Assembly (NCBI GenBank): GCA_001179505.1
Contig: CDMY01000312.1
Location: 1 to 64,000, forward strand
Direction: 5' to 3'
DNA length: 64,000 nt
Origin: Vitrella brassicaformis CCMP3155
Taxonomy: Eukaryota > Protista > Chromerida
Position 1 is the first letter of the stretch. Every line of letters begins with the position of its first letter. The position numbers and the translations under genes are program-made. Positions 11,401 through 23,225 of the stretch are shown here, one piece after another. A model generated the notes under the pieces. It ran no database searches and was not told the origin of the DNA. It worked only from the letters and a program-made list of their open reading frames with translations.

Positions 11401-14400
11401 GGGCGGGGAGGGGAGGAGGAGGGATACGCCCTTAGGTGGTGGTGGTGGTGGTTCTGTGTCCCTCTTTCACCGCAGGCAACAGGCCAGTGCGGTCATGTTG
11501 GGGTCGAAATTGTTCCCCACGCCCAGGCCACGAGACTCAAACATCTTGCGCTTGCTGCACACACACACACACACAGACACACACAGCTCCCTGTTTGTGT
11601 CTCAGGTGTGCAGCATTCGCTTACCCGTTCTTGCTGGTCTGTCTGCCATTGCTGCTGCTGTTATGGTTGCTTGCGCTGCTGGACGACCTGCCGTCTCCCA
11701 TGTGCACATCACCGCCATGACCATTCTCACTGCCACTCCCACCACCAGCTGACACGGACAGAGCGACCTCCGAGCGAGGCGTGTTCTGACACAACACAAC
11801 ACACCATATACGACACCACTTATGTGTGAGCAAAGACCGTCCCTCCCTCTCTCTCTCTCTCTCTCTCTGCATGCCTCATAGAATCTGAGCAGCCCCTGGA
11901 TCAGTTTGAACTCCGTGGGGAAGTCAGCGATCCTGGTGGCGACGCCCATCTGGACCGCTGCGTCGTTGTGCGTGAGGGCCTGGATGGCCTCCACGCTGGC
12001 CTGGTTGATCGGCTGCACCTCCAGCCTGCCGTTCGGCGTCACACCACGACCAATGGCCCGCACCAGAATGGGAGGACGGTGGGGCGACTGCGGGGGGCAC
12101 TCGATGGCAAACACATCGCCTCTGGGGACACACAAACACACAAAAAAGGAGTCTTTGGTGTTGGTTGATGTGTGTGTGTGTGTGTGTGTGTCGTGTTGGT
12201 GTGTGCGACTGACTGCCTGCCGATGCCTTTCCACTCGTTGGTGTTTATCTGAGCATTGCGGCCTCCGCCCCAGCCGTACCCATTATACCCCCGGCCGCCT
12301 CCCCAGCCGCGCCCACCGCCCCTCTGCTGCCAACCACCACCGCCACCGCCGCCACCGCCGCCGCCACCACCGCCCTCACGACGCGCACGCAAGAAATCCA
12401 GCTCACACCTGCCCAGTCGCAGTGCAGAGACACACATGAGTGGTTTGAAGAGCTGTTCGTTCGCATTGCAGTCAGTACTTGTTGTATGTGACGTCTTGGC
12501 CTTCCTCCTCCTCCTCCTCTGAGCCGTCGCCGTCCTCTTCATTGTCATTGTCGTGTTCCACCACCATCTCGCCCTTTGCGCGTTTCTTGGCTCGCTTCCT
12601 CTCCTCCTGTTTCTGCTTGTTGAGCTTGCGCTTGCGATCCTGGTTGACCTTCTTCTGCTTGGCCTTGTCGACGGCGAGGCGGTAGCGGAGGGTCAGCCCG
12701 TGGACACGCGGGAGGGGGCAGCGGACGTTGTCACCTGCGGAGAGGGAGGGAGGGAGGGAGGGATGTCTTATGTGCGTGGTGGCTGTGGCGGACCTCTCTT
12801 GGTGGCTGAGAGCTGTGCGGCTGCTTCGACCATCTGTGTGTGCATCTGGTGGAGGATGGCGTTGATGTAGTGGAGGGCGTAGCTCATGCGCGTGGGGTAG
12901 TGGTAGGACAGCTCAGGCACGGGCAGACAGGCTTCACGCTGGGCCTGAGGCGACACCTAGACCAACCAGACACACAACAACACGAACGAGGCAAGCATCC
13001 TCTCCTCTGTGCATATTTCTGTGTGTGTGTGTGGTCACTCCCTGACCTCCTGCGATAGCGTCGGTACGGCAAACCGGCACGGCAAGAAGGCCATGTTCCC
13101 CTCCTTGCCACCGCTGTCAACCGCCACCCCCACCATCCCTCCCCCCGACACATGGGTGTCCTCCTTCCACGCACCCATGGCCGGCAGACGATCCAACGCC
13201 ACAAACCTAGGCAGACTCCCTCCCCCGGCAGCCCCTCCCCCAGAAGCGCCGCTTGGCTGAGACATCAGCGACATGAGCTGTGGGGGCGGGCGAATGTTGG
13301 CACTGGCGTGGAGATTGCCTCGCCCACGGCCCCGACCGATGGACGCCCGATTGATGGACAGCTGAGGCGAGAATCTTGGTCGTGCAGGGAAGGGTCGGGT
13401 CGGGGCGGGGAACGGTCTCTGTGACTGTGGCTGTGGCTGCGATTGCTGCTGTGCGTCGGCCATCGGGACGTCCTGGTCGACGGCACCTGGACCGTCACCA
13501 CCACCATCTGCAGGTGAAGCGGGAGACGCCGATGCAGAGGGATGCAGCAGGCCCCTTCGCCGGCCGCTCGAGTTGTGTCGCCGGTTGGCTGCCGGCATAT
13601 CCTCCTCACCGCCACCCCCATCCTCGCCACTCAGCTCACGGCGCATCTTCTCGCTCAGTGGCTTTCGGGGCCTGTTGTGAGCAGGGCCTGGCTGCGGGAG
13701 GTCGCGAGAGGGCGATACTGCATAGAAGGCCGCCGCGTGATTGGCCTTGGGTGATGTGAGCATGGGTGGCTTGCGAGGGGGCGGTGGACGCTGCGGCTGC
13801 TGTACGGGCTTGAGAGGGGGAGGGCGTGGGGGTGGTGGTGGTGGTGGGGCATGGGAAGGCGAGGCGGGAGCGGGGTTCCTCTCGCTGTCGATCTCGACAT
13901 AGTGGCGGGGGAAGATGTCGTTGGCGTTCTCAGGACTGATGACAGAATGCAGACAGACAATGCGCATCAGTGGATGGATATGGGGCGGTGTGTTGTACGA
14001 CACCATCCTTCATCTCACTTGAAGTCGTGTATCGATCTGATGGAGTGTCGTGTGGTCCTCTCCAGCACCCCACCCCTGCTCTCGCCGTCATCCGCCAGCC
14101 CATGCAACGACAGCTCCACGTACTCGCCCTTCTGCCGCACCACCACCACACCGTCCTGCTTCTGCCTCTTGACCTTGTTGTGTTTCTGGTGCGTGTAGAG
14201 GCACCCGAACTCCCGCATCTCACCCTCTGCTGCTGGCGCGCTGCAGTGACCATGGTCCTCCTGGGCCGGGGGCGATGGGTGTGCATTGCTGCGTGAAGCG
14301 GAGGGTGGCTGTAGCCGGCGCTGCTGCTTCTGGAAGGGGCGGGGAGGGAGGGGGTCCGTCGGCATGTGTGGCGGCTTGCGGGTGGTGGGCTGGTGTTTCT

Positions 14401-15269
14401 TGTGTGCCTCGAGTTCCTTGGGCAGCTGAGCGAGTTCGGCCATGACCTCGAGCATGATCATGCCGGCCTCGTCGTCGAGCGGCTGCGGCGCCTTGGGGTA
14501 CGGCACCGGCGCACCGGGGGGCAGGATGGCTTTCACCTCCTCCCGCCAGCGCTCGATGGCCTGCATGTACTCGATGGAGCAGCTGATTTTGTCCTCAATC
14601 GCCGCATCCACCAGCTCACTCGGCCACTTGGACGGATGCACACCCTCCCAATCCTCCAACCCGCCGTCATCAGCATCGGGCGGCGGTGTGTCGTCAATCA
14701 CGATGGGCATCGGTTTGGGGTCTGCAGCTGGCGGGCCGGGTACGGGCGAGCGGAAGGGCCGTGAGAGTCCCTGCCGGACACGCATGCCTAGCTGCCTGGC
14801 AGCGGGTTTGTGTGCGATGGGGCGGGGTGGGGCGAAGGCTGCAGAGGGTGCAGCAGACTGGGCCGACGGGGGGATGCCGCCGATCTCGTCTGATGCATCA
14901 ATCTGGAGGACGTGAACGGGGAAGATGTCGCCAGCATTGTCACCACTGCAGCGGGCAGAGCAACACACAGCAACACACAGCAGCACACAGCAGCACACAG
15001 CAGCACACACAGACAGGAGAGAGATCTCGCCGTCGGTGTGTTCCTCTGGTGATTTCTGTTGTGTTTGCTCACTCGAACTCATCGATGGACTCAAGGTTGT
15101 GGTCTGAGCTCTTCTCTACCTCCGCTCCCCGCCTGCCGTTGTCCAGCGCTTCATAGAGGACGGCCTCGACGTGGTGCGGGCACTGCTTGAGCACCAGGAA
15201 GCCGTCCTTCCATGCCTTTTGTTTCTTGGTCCTCTGGTGGCTGTACAAACACCTGAACTCACGGCTCAT
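8409..15269 (-). CDS. ZGRF1: ZGRF1-like SF1 (UPF1/DNA2-type) helicase with two N-terminal DUF2439 domains, multi-exon
   Basis: The N-terminus MSREFRCLYSHQRTKKQKAWKDGFL (ATG 15269) and a second copy EFGCLYTHQKHNKVKRQKQDG (~14200) are DUF2439-like. Helicase motifs: LVHGVFGSGKST, NTNVAVD, FVFIDEASQ, IGDPNQLPP, QYRCHP, NEYEA, STVDAFQGAEKDII, DPRRTNVALSRARRHL. Confidence 0.88.
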
Positions 15270-15458
15270 CACGGCGGCAGGTAAGAAAGAGCGGCGCGGC
15301 CAGTTTATCCATAAAAGAGCCGACAACCTGGCCAAGATCTCCGACCAGCTAAAAGAGTTGTCTGTCCCCTCTCGGGAAGCTGTAGTCAAAAGGATCTTCA
15401 GATCGTAGCTTGTTTGTGGCCTTTCTCGCATTTGTTGAGCCTTCCTCCTGAGCCACCG
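15270..15458. promoter_or_regulatory. Putative bidirectional promoter between ZGRF1 and the small plus-strand gene
   Basis: About 190 bp between two divergent start codons; inferred from position only. Confidence 0.4.
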
Positions 15459-16212
15459 ATGGCGTCGTCTTCGTCTGCCGTGCCTCGCCCGAAGGGCAAA
15501 GCCAAGGCCAAGGCCAAGGGCACTGCCTCAGAAGGGTCTCCTACAGCAGATACGTCGGGAGCTGAAGAGCGCCAAGCGTGACAACGAGCCGCAGCACATC
15601 GGCCTGGACGGTGTGGAGATCTGCGGCGTGCTGGAGGACCTCTATCCCGTCGACCGCTACCACGATATGGATGATGCTCGCTACCTTGTCAGCCCTGACA
15701 GGGTCATGTACCCCTTCCCGAGCATCATCATCACCAACGGATATGGCAAATGTGAGCAGCAGGGAGGATATGAGGTGGTTTGATGGTTGCATGTTGCTGT
15801 GATTCATTGATGTGCAGATAAGGTGGATGTGGCCATCAAGGCGTCGGATCCGGTCGGCTGGAGGGATGCTGGGAGGGAAGGATGTGTTTGCCCGATCCCT
15901 GTGCGCACACTTGGTCGCTCCTCTCTCTCTCTCTCTCTCTCTCTGCGTGTGTGGTGCAGGCCAAGGGTGTGACGATGGGTGACGCCGCCAGGGTCATCAA
16001 CGAGCTCAGCCAGAAGCAGAAGGATGCCATCCTCCACAACTCCTTCGACGGCGACTGGCCTGACCACCAGTGAGTCAACCCCCCCATGCACACACTGTGG
16101 CACGCCTGTCTGGTGGTGTGCTCATGTGTCTTGTGTGTGGGGGTCGGTCAGTTTCCTCGAGGGCGCCATGCGCGTGAGCTGCGGCGTGTACACTCCCTAC
16201 TACGGCAGCTAA
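15459..16212 (+). pseudogene. Small multi-exon hypothetical protein with an apparent +1 frameshift near 15518 (pseudogene or assembly error)
   Basis: MASSSSAVPRPKGKAKAKAK continues as coding-like LPQKGLLQQIRRELKSAKRDNEP... only if one G of aagggcactg is removed. Later exons KVDVAIKASDP, AKGVTMGDAARVINELSQKQKDAILHNSF and FLEGAMRVSCGVYTPYYGS* have proper splice sites. Confidence 0.5.
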
Positions 16213-16506
16213 ACCAACAACCAACCAACCAAAAGACATCACGTAAGTGACGACACATCGGTCGGTTGCGTGGGGCGAGGAAGGTGGCAAATGTGTGTTG
16301 TGTTGTGCAGTGAGCTATTGAAGATATTACCACCGTCGTTAGTACTATGACGATGCACAGTGGGCTCGATGCCCCATCAGTTTTGATGATGGATGGATGG
16401 ATGGATGGATCTAGGAGGGAAGGGCAGATGAGGTGGATTGTTCGCCGTGATGATGATGCTTAGGTAGGTAGCCACACCCCTCCCCCCCCCCCCCCCCCCC
16501 CCCCCC

Positions 16507-16806
16507 NNNNNNNNNNNNNNNNNNNNNNNNNNNNNNNNNNNNNNNNNNNNNNNNNNNNNNNNNNNNNNNNNNNNNNNNNNNNNNNNNNNNNNNNNNNNNN
16601 NNNNNNNNNNNNNNNNNNNNNNNNNNNNNNNNNNNNNNNNNNNNNNNNNNNNNNNNNNNNNNNNNNNNNNNNNNNNNNNNNNNNNNNNNNNNNNNNNNNN
16701 NNNNNNNNNNNNNNNNNNNNNNNNNNNNNNNNNNNNNNNNNNNNNNNNNNNNNNNNNNNNNNNNNNNNNNNNNNNNNNNNNNNNNNNNNNNNNNNNNNNN
16801 NNNNNN
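16507..16806. other. Assembly gap (300 N) flanked by poly-C on both sides
   Basis: Run of N between C homopolymers. Confidence 0.99.
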
Positions 16807-17899
16807 CCCCCCCCCCCCCCCCCCCCCCCCGCCACTCATATGCGATGGTTCACGCTGCTGCGGTGTGTACAGAGCCGTTCTGTGTTGCCTGAAACGTTGC
16901 TGTGCGGCGATCGTGGAGGTTTTCTTATCGATAATGTCGATAGCGAGCGTCTGCTTACGATGAACGAATGACACATGATCATGAATAAGCTCGTTCGGAT
17001 AGCCATCCATCGACTCGGCACGCTCACGCCCATCGTCCACACACATACACACACATGAATGCAGGCAGGCAAGCTATACACACGCGCGCAACACATACAC
17101 ACAGACACACAGACACAGCAGGGAGGCAGGCAAAGCCATCCATCCAACCATCCATAGTGTCGGCACGGCACGTCAATCTGGACGCCATTCTCTGTCTGTC
17201 GTAGCACGTTGAAAAATCAGAGAGAAACCATCACTCTGCACACACACAGCCACACCCGACACACACGCACGAGGCGATGATAAATACTTACCGATCGGCT
17301 GTGAATGAATGTGATGTGCGACATATGTACAATGGCGTGTGTCTGTGTGGGTGTATGTTGTGGGCCGTGCGTGCAGTGGCGGCTTCTCTCCGTATGCATC
17401 GTATCAGTCAAGCCAGCGATAGATAAAAGGGCAAAAAGGGCACACACATCACATCAGCAGGTAGGCATGCAGTGGGTCTCTGAGATAACAAATGCAGCGA
17501 GCGGAGGCGGGCTGAGCTGGCCAGGCCAGGTCTCGCCAGGCCTCCACTCATGTGGTTATGATCAACCAACCGGCAAAAAGTGATCAATCAGTCAATCGAT
17601 ACAGGCGATGGATGGATGAGACGTGTGTGCGATGAAGGCATGGCATGCAGACAGTCGTACGACTTCGTATATTTGTGTATGTGTGTGTATGGTACACTTC
17701 ACTCTCTCCCTCACTCATCCACATGAAGGCGGGCATGAACACACACACGTACCCACGAGTGTCTGTGGTGTGTGTGGTGTGTGCTGTGTGTGTGCACCAC
17801 TGTGCAATGATATGACGCCATGTCAGTCCCTCAGCAAGTCGTCCGTCAGGAAGTCGGTCCTATCACCCCACCCCCGCCACGCCACGCCACAAGACCCAC

Positions 17900-19000
17900 A
17901 CACAACATACGCACACACACAGAGAGTGTTAAACAGGTAAAAAAGAGCGGGGGGAACCGTCCCCCGCGCAGCGCACGTCAGTCAACATGCATAACTTGAC
18001 AAGAACTGAGCAGCAAAAACGATCGAATCAGTCAGTCGACATCAATCAAGTAGGTGCACCGTTCGGGTGTCTGTCGGCAGCGATGCTTAGACGGTCGTCT
18101 GTGCGGTGTCGCTGGCTGGTTTGCTTGGCTTACTCCGGTATCTCTCTCTCTCTCTCTGTGTGTGTGTCCCTCTCTCTGTGTGTCACCGGTAGGTGAAAAT
18201 ACACACATCCACAACAGCTGTCTGCTCCCCATCCAGTCAAGTAGGCGGACTGTACACAATCCATCCATCCGTCCACCATCCATCCTACAGCTGCGGTGGG
18301 TTTCAGTCATTCGCCATTGCCTCTTCCCATGTGTCCATTCATTCGGTCGGTCAGTCGGTCGGCCGGTCGGTCGGTCGTTCCGGCAGGCAAGCAGGCAACA
18401 CCCAAGGTGCGGACAGACCACGCCACGCCACGGCACGGCAGCCACATCGGTCAGTCAGTCAGTCAGATAGCATTGCAGAGTGTCTATCCACATAGATGTA
18501 CGTGTGTGGGTGTGGTGTGTGGGCGTGGACCAGCAAACGAGGGGAGGGAGGGGAGGGAAAAGGAAAAAATCTCGAGACAGACAGACAGACAGATGAATGG
18601 ATGGATGGGTGGATCGAGATCGATCAGTCGGTCGGTCGCTCGAGCAATTAAGTAGAGAGAGAGATAGATGGACGGATGACGGACGAGTCCGTTCGTTAGA
18701 TCACAGCGCACTAGCTAGTGGACAGATGAGATGAGACGAGATGAGATGGGTGAGTGAGGACAACCAACCGACCAGACAGACAGACAGGCAGGCAGGCAGG
18801 AGGGCAGGCAGAGCGTCTCTCTCCATGGCGGGTGGGTGACGCTGCTATAATACAGCCAGCCGTGTTTTACGTGGTACCATAGCAAGGCGATGAGCCAGCC
18901 AGCAGACCATCTCTCTCTGTTCGGTTCTTCCTCTCCTCCCTTCTGGCTTATCGATTTGAGACGGACAGGCAGACAGACAGACAGACCAGCCAGGCAAGAA
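17900..19000. repeat. Microsatellite-rich non-coding tract ((GATG)n, (CAGA)n, (GTCG)n, (CAGT)n, (GAGAT)n)
   Basis: Dense short tandem repeats with no credible spliced ORF. Confidence 0.6.
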
Positions 19001-19149
19001 ACGACCCTATTATCACTCTCCTCCCCACATCAACAGGCAGGCAGTCAGTCGATTCAAAGAAACAGCAAACCAAGACGACAGACAGACCTCGTCCATGGAT
19101 GCGCTTGACGGCGGGGCATGGGTATGTGTGTGTGCGGCTGGTCGGCTGC

Positions 19150-22100
19150 TCAGTGGACCGACGGCAGCTGCACCTCTGTTGGAGTGGGGCACACCTCACG
19201 GCTGAAGTACTTGGCCTGCGACCCCTGCACACACACCCACACAAACAGGCAGACAGTGAGTCTATGCCGATGGATGGCCTGGCTGGCTGCCGTGTGTGTG
19301 TGTGTGTGTGGCTGGTTTGTTTGTACGTTGATGCTGTGGAGAGTCATGGCGATGCTGAGGTCCGCTGCGGCGTCGCGCATCTTCCGCAGACACTTACGGG
19401 GCGAGAAGGCAGCTCGGTAGGTCTCGCCAGCCTGGGGGCTGCATGCCATGCCATGGCACCCCACACCACACAGTACACACACGTGTGCAGAGGAGGTCCT
19501 TTCTTCTCACCGGAGTGATTTGGTCTCCTTGAGGACGACGCACGGCCGCGAGTGGGGGGAGGTCATGCTGACCTGCACGCCGATCTTCAGAGAGGCGATC
19601 GAGGGGCTCTCAAAACTGATAGATGACACACACAGAGACGCAGAGAGAGAGAGAGACGACATGAGCAGACACGCAATGACAAGCAGCTCACAGACAGGAA
19701 GGCAAGGCATGTATGGAGAACGTGTGTAAGGATGCATATATCTAATCAGCCAGCCACTCAGTCAAGTGCAGGCGCAGATCAGTCATGCGTGTCACGGCCC
19801 CCCCCCCCCCCCGCCACCGCCCCGCCCCCTCCTCCCCTCCGCCGAGCTCTGCCGGGCCGCCACACAGTAAGCGCTTGCCGGCCGGCTGTCGTCATGCATC
19901 GATGAATGAACGATAATCGGACAATCGGGGGGCACAATCTTATAAGGCACTGACAAGTTCTAAGGCATTTCCCACCCTTGCAATGCACTGCTGCCTCGGT
20001 ACACCACCACAGGGTACTCACGCGCCTCGACGAGACGCCGATCCACCTGCTGCCGCCCGTCGCCGTCGTCGGCCGTCTGCTGACGATGCTTGCACTCGCC
20101 GTGCTCGAGCTTGATGTGTCGCTGGGCAACCAGGGCCACCTGGGTGTTGTAGTTGCGGTGCACGAGGGCGTGAAGCGTCTTGGGAGGGGGGGCTGGCAGC
20201 AGGCCGAAGTAGGTGGAGGGAGGAGGGGGCAGGAAGGACACGACCGTGACAGCAGGGGCGGGCAAGGCCAGAGCAGACGTGCCAGTGCGGGCTGGCGATG
20301 GCAGAGCTAAGTGGTAGGTGCGGCCCACAAATCTGCCGCTGGCTGACAGCTGACGCCGTGCAGGTGGTGGTGGTGGTGGCATGAGCAGTCCAGTATGGGT
20401 GTGTGTGTGGTGTCCGTGTCGTGTTTGTCTTGTCTTCTTGTGTGCTTGTGGGTGGACTGACAGGATGTCGAGCGATGCGTCTTCGTGTGGTCTGCGGCCG
20501 GATGGGTAGAGCTCCAGCCGGACGGGCGATATGCCCGACAGACTGGTCGGCTGCGATAGCAACAACTTGCCCACACCGTAGGTCTGCTGCTTCTGCAACT
20601 CACACACACACACACACAAACAAACACGGGAAGGATGGCGGATGCAGTGTGTTGGGATGTCCTCTTGATTCTCTGACCTCTTGGAAGTCAGCGATGGTCC
20701 AGGTCAGGGTTTTGGCGTCACAGTTCTTGAGCTGGGTGAGCTTGGCATTCTGCTCACGCAACGCCTTAGCCAAACGGTCAATCTCCTCCTGCAAAGCCTG
20801 CAAGAACACACACACACACACACACATGAATGAGACAGATGTACCCAAGTGTCCCGTATCCCATCGGCATACCCGCCGCTGAAGCTCCTCAAGGCGACGT
20901 TTCTCCTCGTCCATGCGCGAGGCGTTGCGGAAGTTGGCGCTGGCCTGCTTCCCGTGCCGACGGACCGACTCAACCTTAGTAGTCACCACCTTCGCTGTCT
21001 CGCCGACGGCCTTACCCTTGCCCTTGCCGTTGACCTCCTCGCCGTCTGCTGTCTTGCCGGCGTCATGCTTGCTGAGGATGGTCTGGTTGAGGTACTGCCC
21101 CACACACATCTCGAGGTTCTCCTTCTGAGCCGCCAGGGAGGACTCGTTGATGACCGGCTGCGGCGGGCTCGCCTGGTCGTTGTCGGCGCCCGGTGTGCGC
21201 GTGTATGAGACCATGAGTGTGGCGTTGCCCATCAGGCTGGGAGCCAGGGAAAGGGACAGCGGCACCAAGACAGCCTCGTACTTCCCGGGGCTGCCCTTCT
21301 TGGCAGAGAAGGGCCGGTCCTCCCACCTCAGCTCCATCTCCTCAGCATACGATCCGCGCTTGCACGTGGGTGGGAGGCCGCCGTCAGCCTTGACATTGCC
21401 GCTGCTGCTCTTACTGCTGCTGCTGCCGCCACTGCAGGCGTGGCAGTGCTTCTCATGCGAGGAGAGAGGGTACGACAGCAGATGGGGCGCTGGCACGTGT
21501 GCCGGGCGGGGGAGGGCGGCGTGGTCGCTGAAGGGGTAGAAGCCGCTGAACGCCGACCGCGTGTGCATGACCGTGGGCTGGCTGACATTGAGGAAGAACA
21601 GCGGCACCGTGGTGTCCTCCGGCTGCTTGCTGATGCGCTTGAGGTCGTTGGCGAGGTGGACGAGGGGCAGCTGGTCGGCGGGCGAGAGTGAGCGCGCGAG
21701 GTTGGAGAGGTCAGTGGCCTTGGTGTGGATGGCTTCGTGTGTGGTCTGCAGTTCCTGCTCGAGGAGTGCGATGCGTGAGCTGAGGTTGGCGTTGCGCTCG
21801 CGCTCGAGGGCGATCTCGGCGCGGAGGGCCGCCGACTCGTGCGAATGGCTCGAATGGCTCGACACAAACGCCTTTTCACACACACACACACACACGTAAA
21901 CACCCGCATGGACGTGTCTGGCAGTGTGATGGCGGACGTGTGTGTGTGTGTGTGTCGCGTACCATTTGACTGAGTGCGAGGCATACGATAGCGATGCCGA
22001 CGACCTTGAGTGCCTGGGAGACCATGCTCCTGACCTTGGGGTCCATGCCCCCCCACACGCCCTCCAACCACTGACGCACCTCAGCAATGCCCTCGCCCTC

Positions 22101-22645
22101 AGTCAAACGGTCAACAGCCAGCCGCAGCGGAGCCGCCAGGCGGGCAGCCGCCTGGTGGCCAGTGGCGGTGCTGCTGGTGGTGCTGCTGGTGTTGGGCTGT
22201 TTGTCGCGCGGCGGGAGGAATGCCGGCCGCTTGGCTCCACCACCGGGGTGGTATGACTGCGTGAGATCGTCCCATCCGGAGACGTCGTTGATGCGGACGG
22301 TGATCTTCTCGCGTGCGGCGGTGGCTGCCTTGAGGAATGCCGGGTAGCTCTCCTTGGTCAACACGACCGCATCCAGAGTGTCGATCACACCTGCAGGCAC
22401 CGGACAGACAGACAGCAACCATGTGTGCAAAATTGAGGCGAACAGCAGCAACAAGGAAGCCAGGTGAACAAAGCTGTCTGCCCTTTGCGCAGCCAGCGTA
22501 CGTACGTACCCGTGACTGAGATTTGCTTGGGCGTGTAGCGCTTCCCCTCGCAGACCTGCTGCTCGAGCTCGCCCAGCGTCTTGGGCAGCTGCGGCAGGCG
22601 GCTCACACCCATGTCAGCATTGACAACCTTGATGGGCACGGGCAT
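19150..22645 (-). CDS. Multi-exon protein with one hydrophobic helix, coiled coils and a C-terminal MATH/TRAF-like domain
   Basis: ATG at 22645 (MPVPIKVVNADMG). Hydrophobic VVGIAIVCLALSQM; coiled coil ALRAEIALERERNANLSSRIALLEQEL; MATH-like TLTWTIADFQE...SQPTSLSGISPVRLELYPSG...DILFESP...DLSIAMTL. Confidence 0.6.
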
Positions 22646-23225
22646 GATTGACACAGCACAAGGGGGCAATACCGATATGTACGGGCGACGGTCAGAGGGC
22701 GGGCGGGCCTGCCTTGTGCGAAATCGGGTTGGGAGGGGATGTGCGGCCGGGCGAGGGCAGGAGGTGGGCTCAGCAAAGGGAGAGAGGGAGGCTGAGAGAG
22801 AAGGGCAGTCACAAGCGGGATGGAGCCGGGCGAGCGAGAGGCGTCAGCCGAATGGCAAACAGGCAACACAGGCGGGCAATGCCTGCCGTACTCAGCACCT
22901 GCGAACGCAACAACCCACGTCGCGAATGCGAGCTTTCAATCGTTTGTGTGGGGGAGAATCCATTTTGGACGCCTTTTGCCCTCATGGGCGGCACCAAGAG
23001 CACAGCTCTGTCCAAATGGTGCAAAAGAAACGGAAAATTCTCTCCGTCCGGTGATTCAACAGAGATGTGGTAAGCAACCAAGGCACAGCTCACACACGGC
23101 GAGAGGGGCTGCAGTCTGAGAGCCAACGTGTTTGCGCATCTGTGTGTCACAGAGTAGAGGGAATCCTATTTCCCTGTTGATGGATTCACTGACAAGGGCC
23201 CGGGCCGCCAGCCAACTACAAGCAG

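Noticed and set aside
8185-15525. Shared KAKAKAK-coding (gccaag)n at ~8185-8210 and ~15495-15520 as element termini around ZGRF1
   Set aside because: Both are short low-complexity coding repeats in the same orientation, and the flanks do not match.
16377-17052. ORFs with poly-Gly around the second gap
   Set aside because: Artefact of poly-C plus the N run.
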